DNA from: an uncultured Allomuricauda sp.
Lineage (GTDB): Bacteria; Bacteroidota; Bacteroidia; Flavobacteriales; Flavobacteriaceae
Assembly (NCBI GenBank): GCA_937884665.1
Contig: CAKZYF010000143.1
Location: forward strand, 37,779-101,778
Direction of reading: 5' to 3'
DNA: 64,000 nucleotides
The notes below the pieces were generated by a model. The model saw only the letters and a program-made list of their open reading frames with translations, did no database searches and was not told the DNA's origin. Position numbers and translations under genes: made by a program. Positions 47,933 to 57,145 of the stretch are shown piece by piece (positions within the stretch are counted from its first letter, which is position 1; each line of letters begins with the position of its first letter).

Positions 47933-48450
47933 CCAAACAGTATTCCTATCACCATTCCAGTAATCACATCCAAAGGAAAATGGACCCCGATATAGACACG
48001 GCTATACCCTACCAAAAGCGCCCAGATAAACAGGAGAAGTCCAATTTTTCCCAGTTTTTGTTTCGGTAAGACTGTAAAAAATGTAGCCAACGCCATACTA
48101 TTCGCTGCATGAGCTGAAAAATAACCGAATTTCCCACCACAAGATGATTTCACCAATCGCATTACCGTGTTTATTTCTACATCGTGACAGGGACGTAATC
48201 GCGCCACACCATACTTAAAAAAATTAGCGAGTTGGTCCGTAGCAGTGATTAAAAGCCCCACAAATACAAGGGTTATCAGGGTACGTTTCATGCCCAGATA
48301 ACGATAAGAAAGAAAAAGCAAGAGTGCATAAAGTGGAATGGAGCTCAACTTATTGGTAATGAAAAGCCAAAAAGCGTCCCAGGTCTCAGTTCCCATGCCA
48401 TTTAGAAAAAGGAAAAGGTCTTTATCGCATTGCACCAATGTATCAATCAT
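47881..48450 (-). CDS. PAP2 family phosphatase
   Basis: K-x5-RLRPC, FSAHAANS and SRVYIGVHFPLD (PAP2 motifs C1-C3). Confidence 0.93.
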   Translation of the reverse strand: MIDTLVQCDKDLFLFLNGMGTETWDAFWLFITNKLSSIPLYALLLFLSYRYLGMKRTLITLVFVGLLITATDQLANFFKYGVARLRPCHDVEINTVMRLVKSSCGGKFGYFSAHAANSMALATFFTVLPKQKLGKIGLLLFIWALLVGYSRVYIGVHFPLDVITGMVIGILFGWLFSKLSIFAFQKMGT

Positions 48451-48452
48451 CG

Positions 48453-48680
48453 TCAGTCTTCGTATCTGGATACTTCTCTATCGTAGAAAGCAGTGGCGGC
48501 CCCAATCAGGTTTTCTGTTTCATTGGAAAGTTCTTCTTCGTCCTCTTTTGAGAACTCTTCCAACCATTCAACCTCATCGTTTTCCAAGTTGATGATAAAT
48601 CTGGGATATTCTGTATGTATGATATAGATGGTATCAGGATGGTCCGTATTATCCGCCAAAAGGAATTTAGGTAGCTGCAT
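48453..48680 (-). CDS. Small acidic hypothetical protein (75 aa)
   Basis: MQLPKFLLADNTDHPDTIYIIHTEYPRFII; fits exactly between MATE and PAP2 with 10-nt and 2-nt gaps. Confidence 0.8.
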   Translation of the reverse strand: MQLPKFLLADNTDHPDTIYIIHTEYPRFIINLENDEVEWLEEFSKEDEEELSNETENLIGAATAFYDREVSRYED

Positions 48681-48690
48681 GTCAAAGGTT

Positions 48691-50079
48691 CTATTTTTTC
48701 TGGAAAGCTAGGGATTTATATACCAATTTATTAGTGAGATAGTGAAATCGAATATACAACATTACCGCTGAAGCTGTAAGTCCCAATAAGAGCCCTATCC
48801 AAATCCCAGAGCTCTTAAATTCTGTGAAAAGCCCAAAATAATAAGATACTGGAAATCCTATCATCCAGTACGCGATAAAAGTGATCAAGGTAGGGATTCG
48901 GACATCTTGAAGACCCCGCAGGGCTCCAAGGACCACCACTTGAATCCCATCCGAAATCTGAAAAAAGGCGGCGATAAGGAGTAACTTGGCAGCAATGGCG
49001 ATCACTTCTGTATTATCGGCCACATTAAGGGCGTTATCCACATTTAAATAAAGGGTGGGTAGCCAATGCCGACCTATTAGAAACAAAGTGGCAAATACAA
49101 CTTCCAAAAGTAGGGTCAATAAAAAAATGGATTCCCCTATACGCTTTAACTCCCTAAAATTTTTCAGGCCCTTTTGATTGCCTACGCGCACCATTGCTGC
49201 TACACCAAGCCCCATACCTACCATAAAGGTCATACTGCTCAAATTGAGGGCAATTTGATTGGCTGCCTGTGCATTTTTTCCTAAAACCCCACTCAACCAA
49301 ATAGCTGCCGTAAAAATGGCAACTTCGAAGAACATCTGTAAGGCAGAGGGAAATCCCAATCCAATAATTTTATGCATGACGGCTTTTTCAATTTTTCTGA
49401 AATTAAAACGGGTAACATAGAATTGAAATTTTACCTGCCGCCGCAACAAAAAATACAGATAGACTATCATGATAAACCGCGAAGCTAAAGTGCCGATAGC
49501 GGCTCCGACAATACCAAGCTTTGGAAATCCAAAGGACCCGAAAATCAGTAGATAGTTGATAAGAATATTGACCACATTGGCCAAAATAGTGGCGTACATG
49601 GGGTATTTGGTTTGGGATAGGCCCTCGGAAAACTGTTTAAGCGCCTGGAACATAACTAAGGGAACCAAAGAAAAAGCGACCAGTTCCAAGTATGGAATGG
49701 CCAATTCGACCACTTCGGGCGGTTGCTTCATGTTATACAACAAAGGTTTGCAAAAAAGTATAATTCCAAACAGCGAAAATCCCAATACCGTGCAAAGTAC
49801 CAGACCATGTTTTAGAGCACTTTTCCCCCCATCTGGGTTTTTTGCTCCATCGGCTTCTGCGACCAAAGGAGTTATCGCTGTGGAAAAACCAATTCCCAAG
49901 GACATGGCGATAAAAACAAAACTATTTCCCAGCGATACCGCGGCCAATTCCGCAGTGCCCAACTGGCCCACCATGATATTATCGGCAAATGCGACAAAAG
50001 TATGTCCAAGCATCCCCAATATTACGGGATATGCCAACTGCAGATTATATTTAAATTCCTTGGTATATCGGGTTAGCAC
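48691..50079 (-). CDS. MATE family efflux transporter
   Basis: 12-TM pattern; DNIMVGQLG..ELAAVSLG, FFQISDGIQ..GALRG and GIWIGL. Confidence 0.95.
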   Translation of the reverse strand: MLTRYTKEFKYNLQLAYPVILGMLGHTFVAFADNIMVGQLGTAELAAVSLGNSFVFIAMSLGIGFSTAITPLVAEADGAKNPDGGKSALKHGLVLCTVLGFSLFGIILFCKPLLYNMKQPPEVVELAIPYLELVAFSLVPLVMFQALKQFSEGLSQTKYPMYATILANVVNILINYLLIFGSFGFPKLGIVGAAIGTLASRFIMIVYLYFLLRRQVKFQFYVTRFNFRKIEKAVMHKIIGLGFPSALQMFFEVAIFTAAIWLSGVLGKNAQAANQIALNLSSMTFMVGMGLGVAAMVRVGNQKGLKNFRELKRIGESIFLLTLLLEVVFATLFLIGRHWLPTLYLNVDNALNVADNTEVIAIAAKLLLIAAFFQISDGIQVVVLGALRGLQDVRIPTLITFIAYWMIGFPVSYYFGLFTEFKSSGIWIGLLLGLTASAVMLYIRFHYLTNKLVYKSLAFQKK

Positions 50080-50101
50080 ACGAAATTATTTTAGTGGGCG
50101 T

Positions 50102-50109
50102 CAAAGGTA
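50102..50109 (-). promoter_or_regulatory. -7 element (TACCTTTG) for MATE-PAP2-ArnT operon
   Basis: Plus strand reads CAAAGGTA, 22 nt upstream of the MATE start. Confidence 0.55.
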
Positions 50110-50166
50110 ATCGGATTCTAAAATAAAATGGGATACCCTTCTAAAACTTATGCACAGAAAGGGGAT

Positions 50167-50940
50167 TTACAGACTTTTGGCCTGCTCCCAGAAAACGTCC
50201 ATTTCAGATAGGGTCATTTCAAGCAAGGTCTTGCCCGAGGCCTTGGCCTGTTGTTCCAAATATTGAAAGCGTTTTATGAACTTTTTATTGGTACGTTCCA
50301 ACGCATTTTCCGGGTTGATTTTCAAAAACCGGGCATAATTGACCATTGAAAAAAGAACATCGCCAAACTCAGCTTCCAACCGATCTGGATTTTGACTTTT
50401 TACTTCTTCTTGTAGCTCGGCAAGTTCCTCTTGTACTTTTTCAAAAACCTGTTCCGGCCGTTCCCAGTCGAATCCTACCCCCGATACTTTTTCTTGTATC
50501 CTATTGGCCTTTACCAATGCGGGCAAACTATTGGGCACCCCTTCCAGAACGCTTGTTTTTCCTTCTTTCAATTTGATGCTCTCCCAGTTCTGTTTTACCT
50601 CCTCTTCATTTTCAACCTGTACCTCACCATAAATATGAGGATGTCGATTAATGAGCTTTTCACTGATGGAATGGGCCACATCGGCAATATCAAAATCCTG
50701 GCTTTCTGCCCCAATTTTCGCGTAAAAAACAATATGCAACAAGAGATCGCCCAGTTCTTTTTTTACCTCATCCAAATTATTTTCCAAAATGGCGTCGCCC
50801 AGCTCATACGTCTCCTCAATCGTAAGGTGGCGCAGGGACTGCATGGTCTGCTTTTTATCCCAGGGACATTGCTCCCGAAGTTCGTCCATTAGGGTCAGTA
50901 GTCTATCAAAAGCGTCCAATTGTTCTTTTCGGGAATGCAT
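50167..50940 (-). CDS. mazG: Nucleoside triphosphate pyrophosphohydrolase MazG
   Basis: CPWDKKQT, IEETYEL, ELGDLLLHIVF, RHPHIYG and EFGDVLFS. Confidence 0.96.
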   Translation of the reverse strand: MHSRKEQLDAFDRLLTLMDELREQCPWDKKQTMQSLRHLTIEETYELGDAILENNLDEVKKELGDLLLHIVFYAKIGAESQDFDIADVAHSISEKLINRHPHIYGEVQVENEEEVKQNWESIKLKEGKTSVLEGVPNSLPALVKANRIQEKVSGVGFDWERPEQVFEKVQEELAELQEEVKSQNPDRLEAEFGDVLFSMVNYARFLKINPENALERTNKKFIKRFQYLEQQAKASGKTLLEMTLSEMDVFWEQAKSL

Positions 50941-50990
50941 GAAATGAAATTTTTATTAAAAGTACAAAGAGCAAAAATTAGGGCGTACTA

Positions 50991-50998
50991 TATTTTTG
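50991..50998 (+). promoter_or_regulatory. -7 element (TATTTTTG) for GH3-SGNH-GH20 genes
   Basis: Exact TAnnTTTG. It overlaps the ORF-track start, which supports the later ATG at 51047. Confidence 0.5.
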
Positions 50999-51046
50999 GG
51001 TTATTTTGCTGCCCTATCAACTACTTTTCAACATAACCAAATAAAT

Positions 51047-53302
51047 ATGAAGCGCTTTCCTGCACACATTCTTATTTTTTCAATTTCTTTGTGGTTTCAT
51101 AATGCTGAAATTATGGCGCAACAAAACAAAATCGATAAACAAATAGACGACCTATTACAACGTATGACCTTGGAGGAAAAAGTAGGCCAAATGAACCAAT
51201 ACAACGGTTTTTGGGACGCTACCGGACCTGCACCACAAGGTGGCAACGCTGCGGTAAAATACGAACACCTGAAAAAAGGTTGGGTGGGCGCTATGCTCAA
51301 TGTAACAGGTACGGAAGAAGTAAGAAAACTTCAAAAGTTGGTGGTGGAAGAATCCCGTCTTGGGATTCCCCTTCTATTTGGATATGATGTGATACACGGG
51401 TATAAGACCCTGGCCCCAATTCCTTTGGCAGAAGCAGCTAGTTGGGATATGGAAGCCATCGAAAATTCAGCGCGAATTGCTGCTATTGAAGCCTCTTCCG
51501 TGGGTCTCAACTGGACATTCGCTCCTATGGTGGACATTTCAAGGGATCCGAGATGGGGCCGTGTCATGGAAGGCGGTGGTGAGGATACCTATTTGGGAGG
51601 CCAAATTGCCAAAGCACGAGTCAAGGGTTTTCAGGGTGAAGACCTCTCCGCACCCAATACAATTGCCGCCTGTGCCAAACATTTCGCGGCATATGGCTTT
51701 GCCGAAGCTGGAAAAGAATACAATACCGTTGACATTGGAACGTCCACCTTGTTTAACACCGTACTTCCTACGTTCAAAGCAGCGGTTGATGCTGATGTAA
51801 AATCTGTTATGAACGGATTCAATATTCTCAACGGTATCCCCGTAACCGGAGATGCTTTTTTACAGCGGGAAGTATTGAAAGAAAAGTGGGCGTTGCAGGG
51901 ACTTGTGGTTTCCGATTGGGCCTCAATTGCCGAATTGGTACCCCATGGCTTTGCCGAGGACATGAAGCATGCCGCAGAATTGGGCGCAAAGGCCGGTTCT
52001 GACATGGAAATGGAATCCGGTTCGTACGTCGCCCATCTAGTCAGCAATGTAAAAGAGGGCAAGGTGAAGGAAAGTTTGATTGACGATGCAGTTCGTAGAA
52101 TTCTACGCGTCAAGTTCGAACTGGGGCTTTTTGATGACCCCTATAAATATTGTGATTCGGCACGGGAAAAAGAAAAATTATACCACCCGGACCATAAAGA
52201 GGCCGTTTTGGAAATGGCAAAGAAATCCATAGTACTGCTCAAAAACGAAAACAACATCCTCCCTTTAGCAAAAAATCAGGGTAAAATAGCGGTCATCGGC
52301 GAATTGGCCGATGATACCAACAGTCCACTGGGCAGCTGGCGCTTAGGTTCGGACAATAATACCGCCGTTTCCTTTTTGGAGGGACTTAAAGCGTATTCCC
52401 AAGATTTCAAATATGCGCCTGGACCCAAAGTCTTTAATAAAGATGCCAATTTCTTGCAAGAGGTAGAAGTCAACGCAACAGACACCTCGGGGATGGAAGA
52501 AGCCGTCGCTCTTGCCAAAGAATCTGACGTCGTATTGATGGTCCTGGGGGAACACGGATTTCAAAGTGGTGAAGCCAGGAGTCGCACGAATTTAAATTTA
52601 CCCGGTCTTCAACTGGATTTACTCAAGGCAGTTCATGAGGTCAATCCAAATATCGTTTTAATAGTAATGAATGGACGGCCGTTGACCATTACCTGGGAAG
52701 CCGAAAATGTACCTGCTATTTTGGAAACTTGGCAATTAGGCACCCAAACCGGAAATGCCATCGCCGAAGTGCTCTTTGGAGACTACAACCCGAGTGGCAA
52801 ATTACCCATGACCTTCCCAAGGAGTGTGGGGCAAATTCCAATCTACTATAATCATTTCAATACAGGAAGACCTAATTTGGAACCCAATGTCTTTTGGTCC
52901 CACTACAGTGACGAGCAGAATACACCTTTGTTCCCTTTCGGATATGGATTGAGCTATACCCAATTCGAATATTCCGATTTGGAAATTGATAGTTCCGACC
53001 AAAGTGCCATCAAGGTGAATGTGACGGTCAAAAATTCGGGTAGTGTCGCAGGTGAGGAGGTAGTCCAGCTTTACATCAGGGATAAAGTTGCGAGTGTCAC
53101 ACGTCCGGTAAAAGAACTGAAAGGATTCAAAAAGATACTTTTGGAAGCTGGAGATTCCCAAAAGATAGCATTCACCTTAACAGATGCCGAACTTGGATTT
53201 TTTGACCACAACTATGAATTTGTGGTGGAGCCGGGTATGTTCGAAGTCATGATCGGGACCAATTCGCAGGACGTGTTACGTCAAAGCTTCGAAAAAAGGT
53301 AA
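51047..53302 (+). CDS. bglX: GH3 beta-glucosidase (BglX-like), secreted
   Basis: RLGIPLLFGYDVIHG, RDPRWGRVMEG, CAKHF, VVSDW (nucleophile Asp) and C-terminal Fn3 region (EVVQLY...RPVKELKGF). Confidence 0.92.
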   Translation: MKRFPAHILIFSISLWFHNAEIMAQQNKIDKQIDDLLQRMTLEEKVGQMNQYNGFWDATGPAPQGGNAAVKYEHLKKGWVGAMLNVTGTEEVRKLQKLVVEESRLGIPLLFGYDVIHGYKTLAPIPLAEAASWDMEAIENSARIAAIEASSVGLNWTFAPMVDISRDPRWGRVMEGGGEDTYLGGQIAKARVKGFQGEDLSAPNTIAACAKHFAAYGFAEAGKEYNTVDIGTSTLFNTVLPTFKAAVDADVKSVMNGFNILNGIPVTGDAFLQREVLKEKWALQGLVVSDWASIAELVPHGFAEDMKHAAELGAKAGSDMEMESGSYVAHLVSNVKEGKVKESLIDDAVRRILRVKFELGLFDDPYKYCDSAREKEKLYHPDHKEAVLEMAKKSIVLLKNENNILPLAKNQGKIAVIGELADDTNSPLGSWRLGSDNNTAVSFLEGLKAYSQDFKYAPGPKVFNKDANFLQEVEVNATDTSGMEEAVALAKESDVVLMVLGEHGFQSGEARSRTNLNLPGLQLDLLKAVHEVNPNIVLIVMNGRPLTITWEAENVPAILETWQLGTQTGNAIAEVLFGDYNPSGKLPMTFPRSVGQIPIYYNHFNTGRPNLEPNVFWSHYSDEQNTPLFPFGYGLSYTQFEYSDLEIDSSDQSAIKVNVTVKNSGSVAGEEVVQLYIRDKVASVTRPVKELKGFKKILLEAGDSQKIAFTLTDAELGFFDHNYEFVVEPGMFEVMIGTNSQDVLRQSFEKR

Positions 53303-53306
53303 GGTT

Positions 53307-53978
53307 TTGGCGTGTTTGTTCCCTAAACTGGTTTTTCCATCCCTCCTTTTAACTTTGGGAACATTTTCTTACGGGCAAAAGCCTTTGCCATTTGCTGATG
53401 AAGTTAAAAGCATACAAAAACATTTAGATACGATGTGGGATGCTTCAAAACCAGCAATCGTGTTTACCGGAAGTTCAAGTATCAGGCTATGGCAGGACCT
53501 ACAGCAACGTTTTCCGGAAAATCAGGTATTGAATACTGGTTTTGGAGGTTCGCAATGTTCAGACCTCGCCAATTTTCTCGACGAACTTATTTTGGATTAC
53601 AATCCAAGTAAGGTCTTTATTTATGAAGGCGATAACGACATATTCGCAAAAAAAAGACCAAAGGAAATCATCCAAACATTTGATGCTGTCCTGGATACAC
53701 TTCAATTGAGAAAACCAGGCTTGGAGGTTGTTTTGATTTCCGCAAAACCGAGTATTTCCCGCTGGAAGTTTAGGTCGCGCTATAGACGGCTCAACAAAAG
53801 GCTTCAAATGCTGGCCGACGAAAGGGAAAATGTGTCTTATGTTGATGTCTGGCACATCATGCTCGATAAAAAAAGACTCAAAAAAAATCTTTTCATTTCG
53901 GATGGGCTCCACATGAACGCAATGGGATATGACTTATGGTATACTGCGCTCAAGGATTTTGTTACTTTAGAAGAATGA
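53307..53978 (+). CDS. SGNH/GDSL-family esterase
   Basis: GSSS block I, GFGGS, YEGDND and DGLH catalytic motif. Confidence 0.9.
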   Translation: MACLFPKLVFPSLLLTLGTFSYGQKPLPFADEVKSIQKHLDTMWDASKPAIVFTGSSSIRLWQDLQQRFPENQVLNTGFGGSQCSDLANFLDELILDYNPSKVFIYEGDNDIFAKKRPKEIIQTFDAVLDTLQLRKPGLEVVLISAKPSISRWKFRSRYRRLNKRLQMLADERENVSYVDVWHIMLDKKRLKKNLFISDGLHMNAMGYDLWYTALKDFVTLEE

Positions 53979-55552
53979 TACGATTTCCAAAGCTATTTAT
54001 GGGTGGTATGCTCCTATTTTTTATCGTAGGATGCCAAAAGCAAAAAGACAAAATTGCATTTCCCACCACAGATTTGACAAAGACGGCTCTTATTCCCAAG
54101 CCAAGGACCATGACCGCTACATATACGGCGTTCGCTCTTGGAAAAAACACAGCGATTTATGCAAACAATCCCAAAATTGCCGAAATCGGGCGTTTTTTAT
54201 CTGAAAAAATAAAAAGTAGAACAACTCTTTCCCTTCCAGTAAATGGTCCTGTGGAAAAACCAAGTGGAAATGCTCCAGAAAATCTAATTTATATAGTAAT
54301 CTCAGATACAATTCGTTCCGATAGTCCCGAATCCTATGAGTTGAATATCAAAGAAGATTCCATTTTGCTAAAGGTCAAAACACCAGAAGCTACTTTTCGA
54401 GGCATACAGACTTTGCTACAGATGGTCCCCGAAAAAAGCAATGATACCCTGGTCGATTCGCCTTTATGGCTTATTCCGTCCGGTAAAATTATGGACGCAC
54501 CTAAATTTGAATATCGCGGGACAATGTTGGATGTGGCCCGTCACTTTTTTTCGGTCGAAGAGGTAAAAAGATATATTGACCTTATTGCGTATTATAAATT
54601 AAATGTACTGCATCTTCATTTGTCCGATGATCAAGGATGGCGTATTGAGATAAAGTCCTGGCCAAAACTTACTACCATAGGGGGCAAGTACGAAGTCGGA
54701 GGCGGTACGGGAGGATTCTATACCCAAAAGGAGTATCAAGAAATCGTGAAATATGCATCAGAACATTTTATTACCGTTGTACCGGAGATAGATATGCCGG
54801 GACACACCCATGCCGCGTGTTTAAGTTATCCCTTTTTGGATGGAACAGGAAAATCCCTGAAACCGTACACAGGCACCCGCGTAGGCTTCAGCACCTTGGA
54901 TACAAAAAAAGACACGGTATACACTTTTGTAGAGGATGTAGTTCGGGAGATTTCTGCGATTACACCTGGTCCTTATTTTCATATAGGAGGGGATGAAAGC
55001 TTTGTGACGAAAAAAAAGGCGTATCGCTATTTTGTGAAACGTGTGGAGGGAATCGTAGAAAAGTACAATAAGAGAATGATAGGCTGGGACGAGATTTCCG
55101 AAGCTGCGATAAGCTCAAATGCAATAGCACAACATTGGAGAACAGAGGAGAATGCGGTTAGAGCATATAAAAATGGCAATAAAATAATCCTTTCCCCAGC
55201 GAAAAAGGCTTACCTGGATATGAAATATGATTCGCTCACTAAGTATGGACTGGACTGGGCGGGCCATATTCCGGTTGATACGGCATACATTTGGAATCCT
55301 GCTACTTATATCAAAAGCCTCCCTAAAGAAAGTATTTTGGGCATTGAAGCTCCTCTTTGGTCAGAAACCATTGGCAATAGTGACGAAATCGAATATTTAG
55401 CGTTTCCGAGAATTATTGGATATGCAGAATTGGGTTGGTCGGAACCTGAAAAACTGGATTGGAAAGACTACAAAAAACGATTAGCGGGACAGACATCGTT
55501 TCTTGAAAAAAACAGCGTTAATTTTTACAAATCTCCCTTGATCGATTGGTAA
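53975..55552 (+). CDS. GH20 beta-N-acetylhexosaminidase, lipoprotein
   Basis: Lipobox VGC, RGTMLDVARHF, HLHLSDDQGWR, PEIDMPGH, HIGGDE and EAPLWSE. Confidence 0.95.
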   Translation: MIRFPKLFMGGMLLFFIVGCQKQKDKIAFPTTDLTKTALIPKPRTMTATYTAFALGKNTAIYANNPKIAEIGRFLSEKIKSRTTLSLPVNGPVEKPSGNAPENLIYIVISDTIRSDSPESYELNIKEDSILLKVKTPEATFRGIQTLLQMVPEKSNDTLVDSPLWLIPSGKIMDAPKFEYRGTMLDVARHFFSVEEVKRYIDLIAYYKLNVLHLHLSDDQGWRIEIKSWPKLTTIGGKYEVGGGTGGFYTQKEYQEIVKYASEHFITVVPEIDMPGHTHAACLSYPFLDGTGKSLKPYTGTRVGFSTLDTKKDTVYTFVEDVVREISAITPGPYFHIGGDESFVTKKKAYRYFVKRVEGIVEKYNKRMIGWDEISEAAISSNAIAQHWRTEENAVRAYKNGNKIILSPAKKAYLDMKYDSLTKYGLDWAGHIPVDTAYIWNPATYIKSLPKESILGIEAPLWSETIGNSDEIEYLAFPRIIGYAELGWSEPEKLDWKDYKKRLAGQTSFLEKNSVNFYKSPLIDW

Positions 55553-55562
55553 GTGGTTATTC

Positions 55563-55988
55563 TTATTCCTCTTCGCTATCGCCTTTTTCTTTATCAGTAT
55601 CGGAAAAATCGGTTATGCCATGGTCTAAAAGAAGATTGTACCATTGGATTATTTTTTTAATGTCGCTAGCGTAAACGCGGTCCTCGTCATAATTGGGCAA
55701 TATCTCAAAAAAATACTCTTCCAACTCCATTTTTTCGGCTTTATGACTAATTGCGGTCTTTTTGCCTTCTTCTTTTTCTTTTATTTTTTTGAATACTTCC
55801 CGCAAAGGCATTTCTTCTTCCAGGGTATAGATGGCAATTTCGGAAAGTACGCTGACATTGTTCCGCATGCCCACGCTGACCCGTCTCCCGTCCAATAAAG
55901 ATTCCCCCACGAAACCTGTTCGGGTTTGGGTCAGTAATTTGTACAAACCCGGTTTTCCTCCAATGGATAAAATTTTTTCCAAGGCCAT
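55563..55988 (-). CDS. DUF5606-family protein
   Basis: ILSIGGKPGLYKL and LPNYDEDRVYASDIKKIIQWYNLL motifs. Confidence 0.85.
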   Translation of the reverse strand: MALEKILSIGGKPGLYKLLTQTRTGFVGESLLDGRRVSVGMRNNVSVLSEIAIYTLEEEMPLREVFKKIKEKEEGKKTAISHKAEKMELEEYFFEILPNYDEDRVYASDIKKIIQWYNLLLDHGITDFSDTDKEKGDSEEE

Positions 55989-56007
55989 ATTCTCTAGTTT
56001 TTGCGGG

Positions 56008-56015
56008 CAAAATTA
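56008..56015 (-). promoter_or_regulatory. -7 element (TAATTTTG) for DUF5606 gene
   Basis: Plus strand reads CAAAATTA in the def-DUF5606 gap. Confidence 0.5.
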
Positions 56016-56040
56016 TGCTTTTGCCGTTTAGGTTTGTAGA

Positions 56041-56631
56041 TTATCTCGCTTTTTTAAGATTTGGGAACCGCATTTTGTAATCCACCTTTATTTTTCCTTT
56101 AGAAATCTTTTCCAGTCTGCTTTTGAGCAAACGCTTTTTCAAGGAGGATAGCTTATCTGTAAATAATATCCCTTCAATGTGATCGTATTCATGTTGGATG
56201 ACCCTGGCCAGTAATCCGCTATAATTTTCTCTATGCGGGATGAAATCTTCGTCGACATAAGAAATAGTGATAGCCGGTTTTCGTTTTACATCTTCCCTTA
56301 CCTCGGGGATACTTAAACATCCTTCATTAAAATCCCATTCTTCACCTTCTTCATTTTCAATTTTAGCATTGATGAAGACCTTTTTAAATCCGTTTAAGGC
56401 CTGTTGCTCCTCAGGAGTTAAATCTTCGTCATCTGAAAAAGGCGTGGTATCCACCACAAACAATCGAATGGGCAGTCCTATTTGGGGTGCCGCAAGACCA
56501 ACACCATGGGCATTGTACATAGTCTCCCACATATTCGCGATCAACTCCTTCAATTTTGGATAATCCGAATCGATTTCCTGGCCCACTTTTCGCAAGACCG
56601 ATTCTCCATAGGCTACAATGGGTAGTATCAT
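56041..56631 (-). CDS. def: Peptide deformylase
   Basis: GVGLAAPQIG, EGCLS and QHEYDH motifs. Confidence 0.98.
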   Translation of the reverse strand: MILPIVAYGESVLRKVGQEIDSDYPKLKELIANMWETMYNAHGVGLAAPQIGLPIRLFVVDTTPFSDDEDLTPEEQQALNGFKKVFINAKIENEEGEEWDFNEGCLSIPEVREDVKRKPAITISYVDEDFIPHRENYSGLLARVIQHEYDHIEGILFTDKLSSLKKRLLKSRLEKISKGKIKVDYKMRFPNLKKAR

Positions 56632-56632
56632 A

Positions 56633-57046
56633 TTATTTTTTTCTATCTAAATAGGACTGTAAAATGAGCGTCGCACTTATTTCATCTACAAGGCCTTTAT
56701 CTTGTCTTTTTTTCTTTTTCATTCCAGAATCAAGCATAGCCTGGAAAGCCATCTTAGAGGTAAATCGTTCATCCTGCCTTTCAACGGGGATATGAGGTAT
56801 GTTCCCTTTCAGATTGATCAAAAATTCCTTTATCAAGACTTCAGCTTCCGATGGTGTATTATCCAATCGTTTTGGGAGACCAATAACAAAAAGGTCCACC
56901 TTTTCATCGGAAATGTATTCTTTCAGAAATGGTATCAGCTCCGTCGTTTTGATGGTAGTCAGACCCGAGGCAATCAGTTGCAACTCATCTGTAATTGCAA
57001 TACCGGTTCTTACCTTTCCAAAGTCCAGAGCCATGATACGTGCCAC
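56633..57046 (-). CDS. ruvX: YqgF/RuvX family (pre-16S rRNA maturation nuclease / Holliday junction resolvase-like)
   Basis: ALDFGKVRTGIA, VIGLPK, DERFTS and DEISATLILQSYL. GTG start at 57046. Confidence 0.95.
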   Translation of the reverse strand: MARIMALDFGKVRTGIAITDELQLIASGLTTIKTTELIPFLKEYISDEKVDLFVIGLPKRLDNTPSEAEVLIKEFLINLKGNIPHIPVERQDERFTSKMAFQAMLDSGMKKKKRQDKGLVDEISATLILQSYLDRKK

Positions 57047-57061
57047 ATCGCAAAATTTTGC

Positions 57062-57131
57062 CAAAAATAACCCTAAAAATGTTATGAGTTTAAAACGCTG
57101 GGGGATTATTCTTTCAACCCGATTATCTTTG
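57062..57131. promoter_or_regulatory. Divergent -7 elements for ruvX-def (CAAAAATA 57062-57069) and dapD (TATCTTTG 57124-57131)
   Basis: Two exact TAnnTTTG motifs facing outward in the divergent intergenic region. Confidence 0.55.
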
Positions 57132-57145
57132 CCAAAATTTTTACC

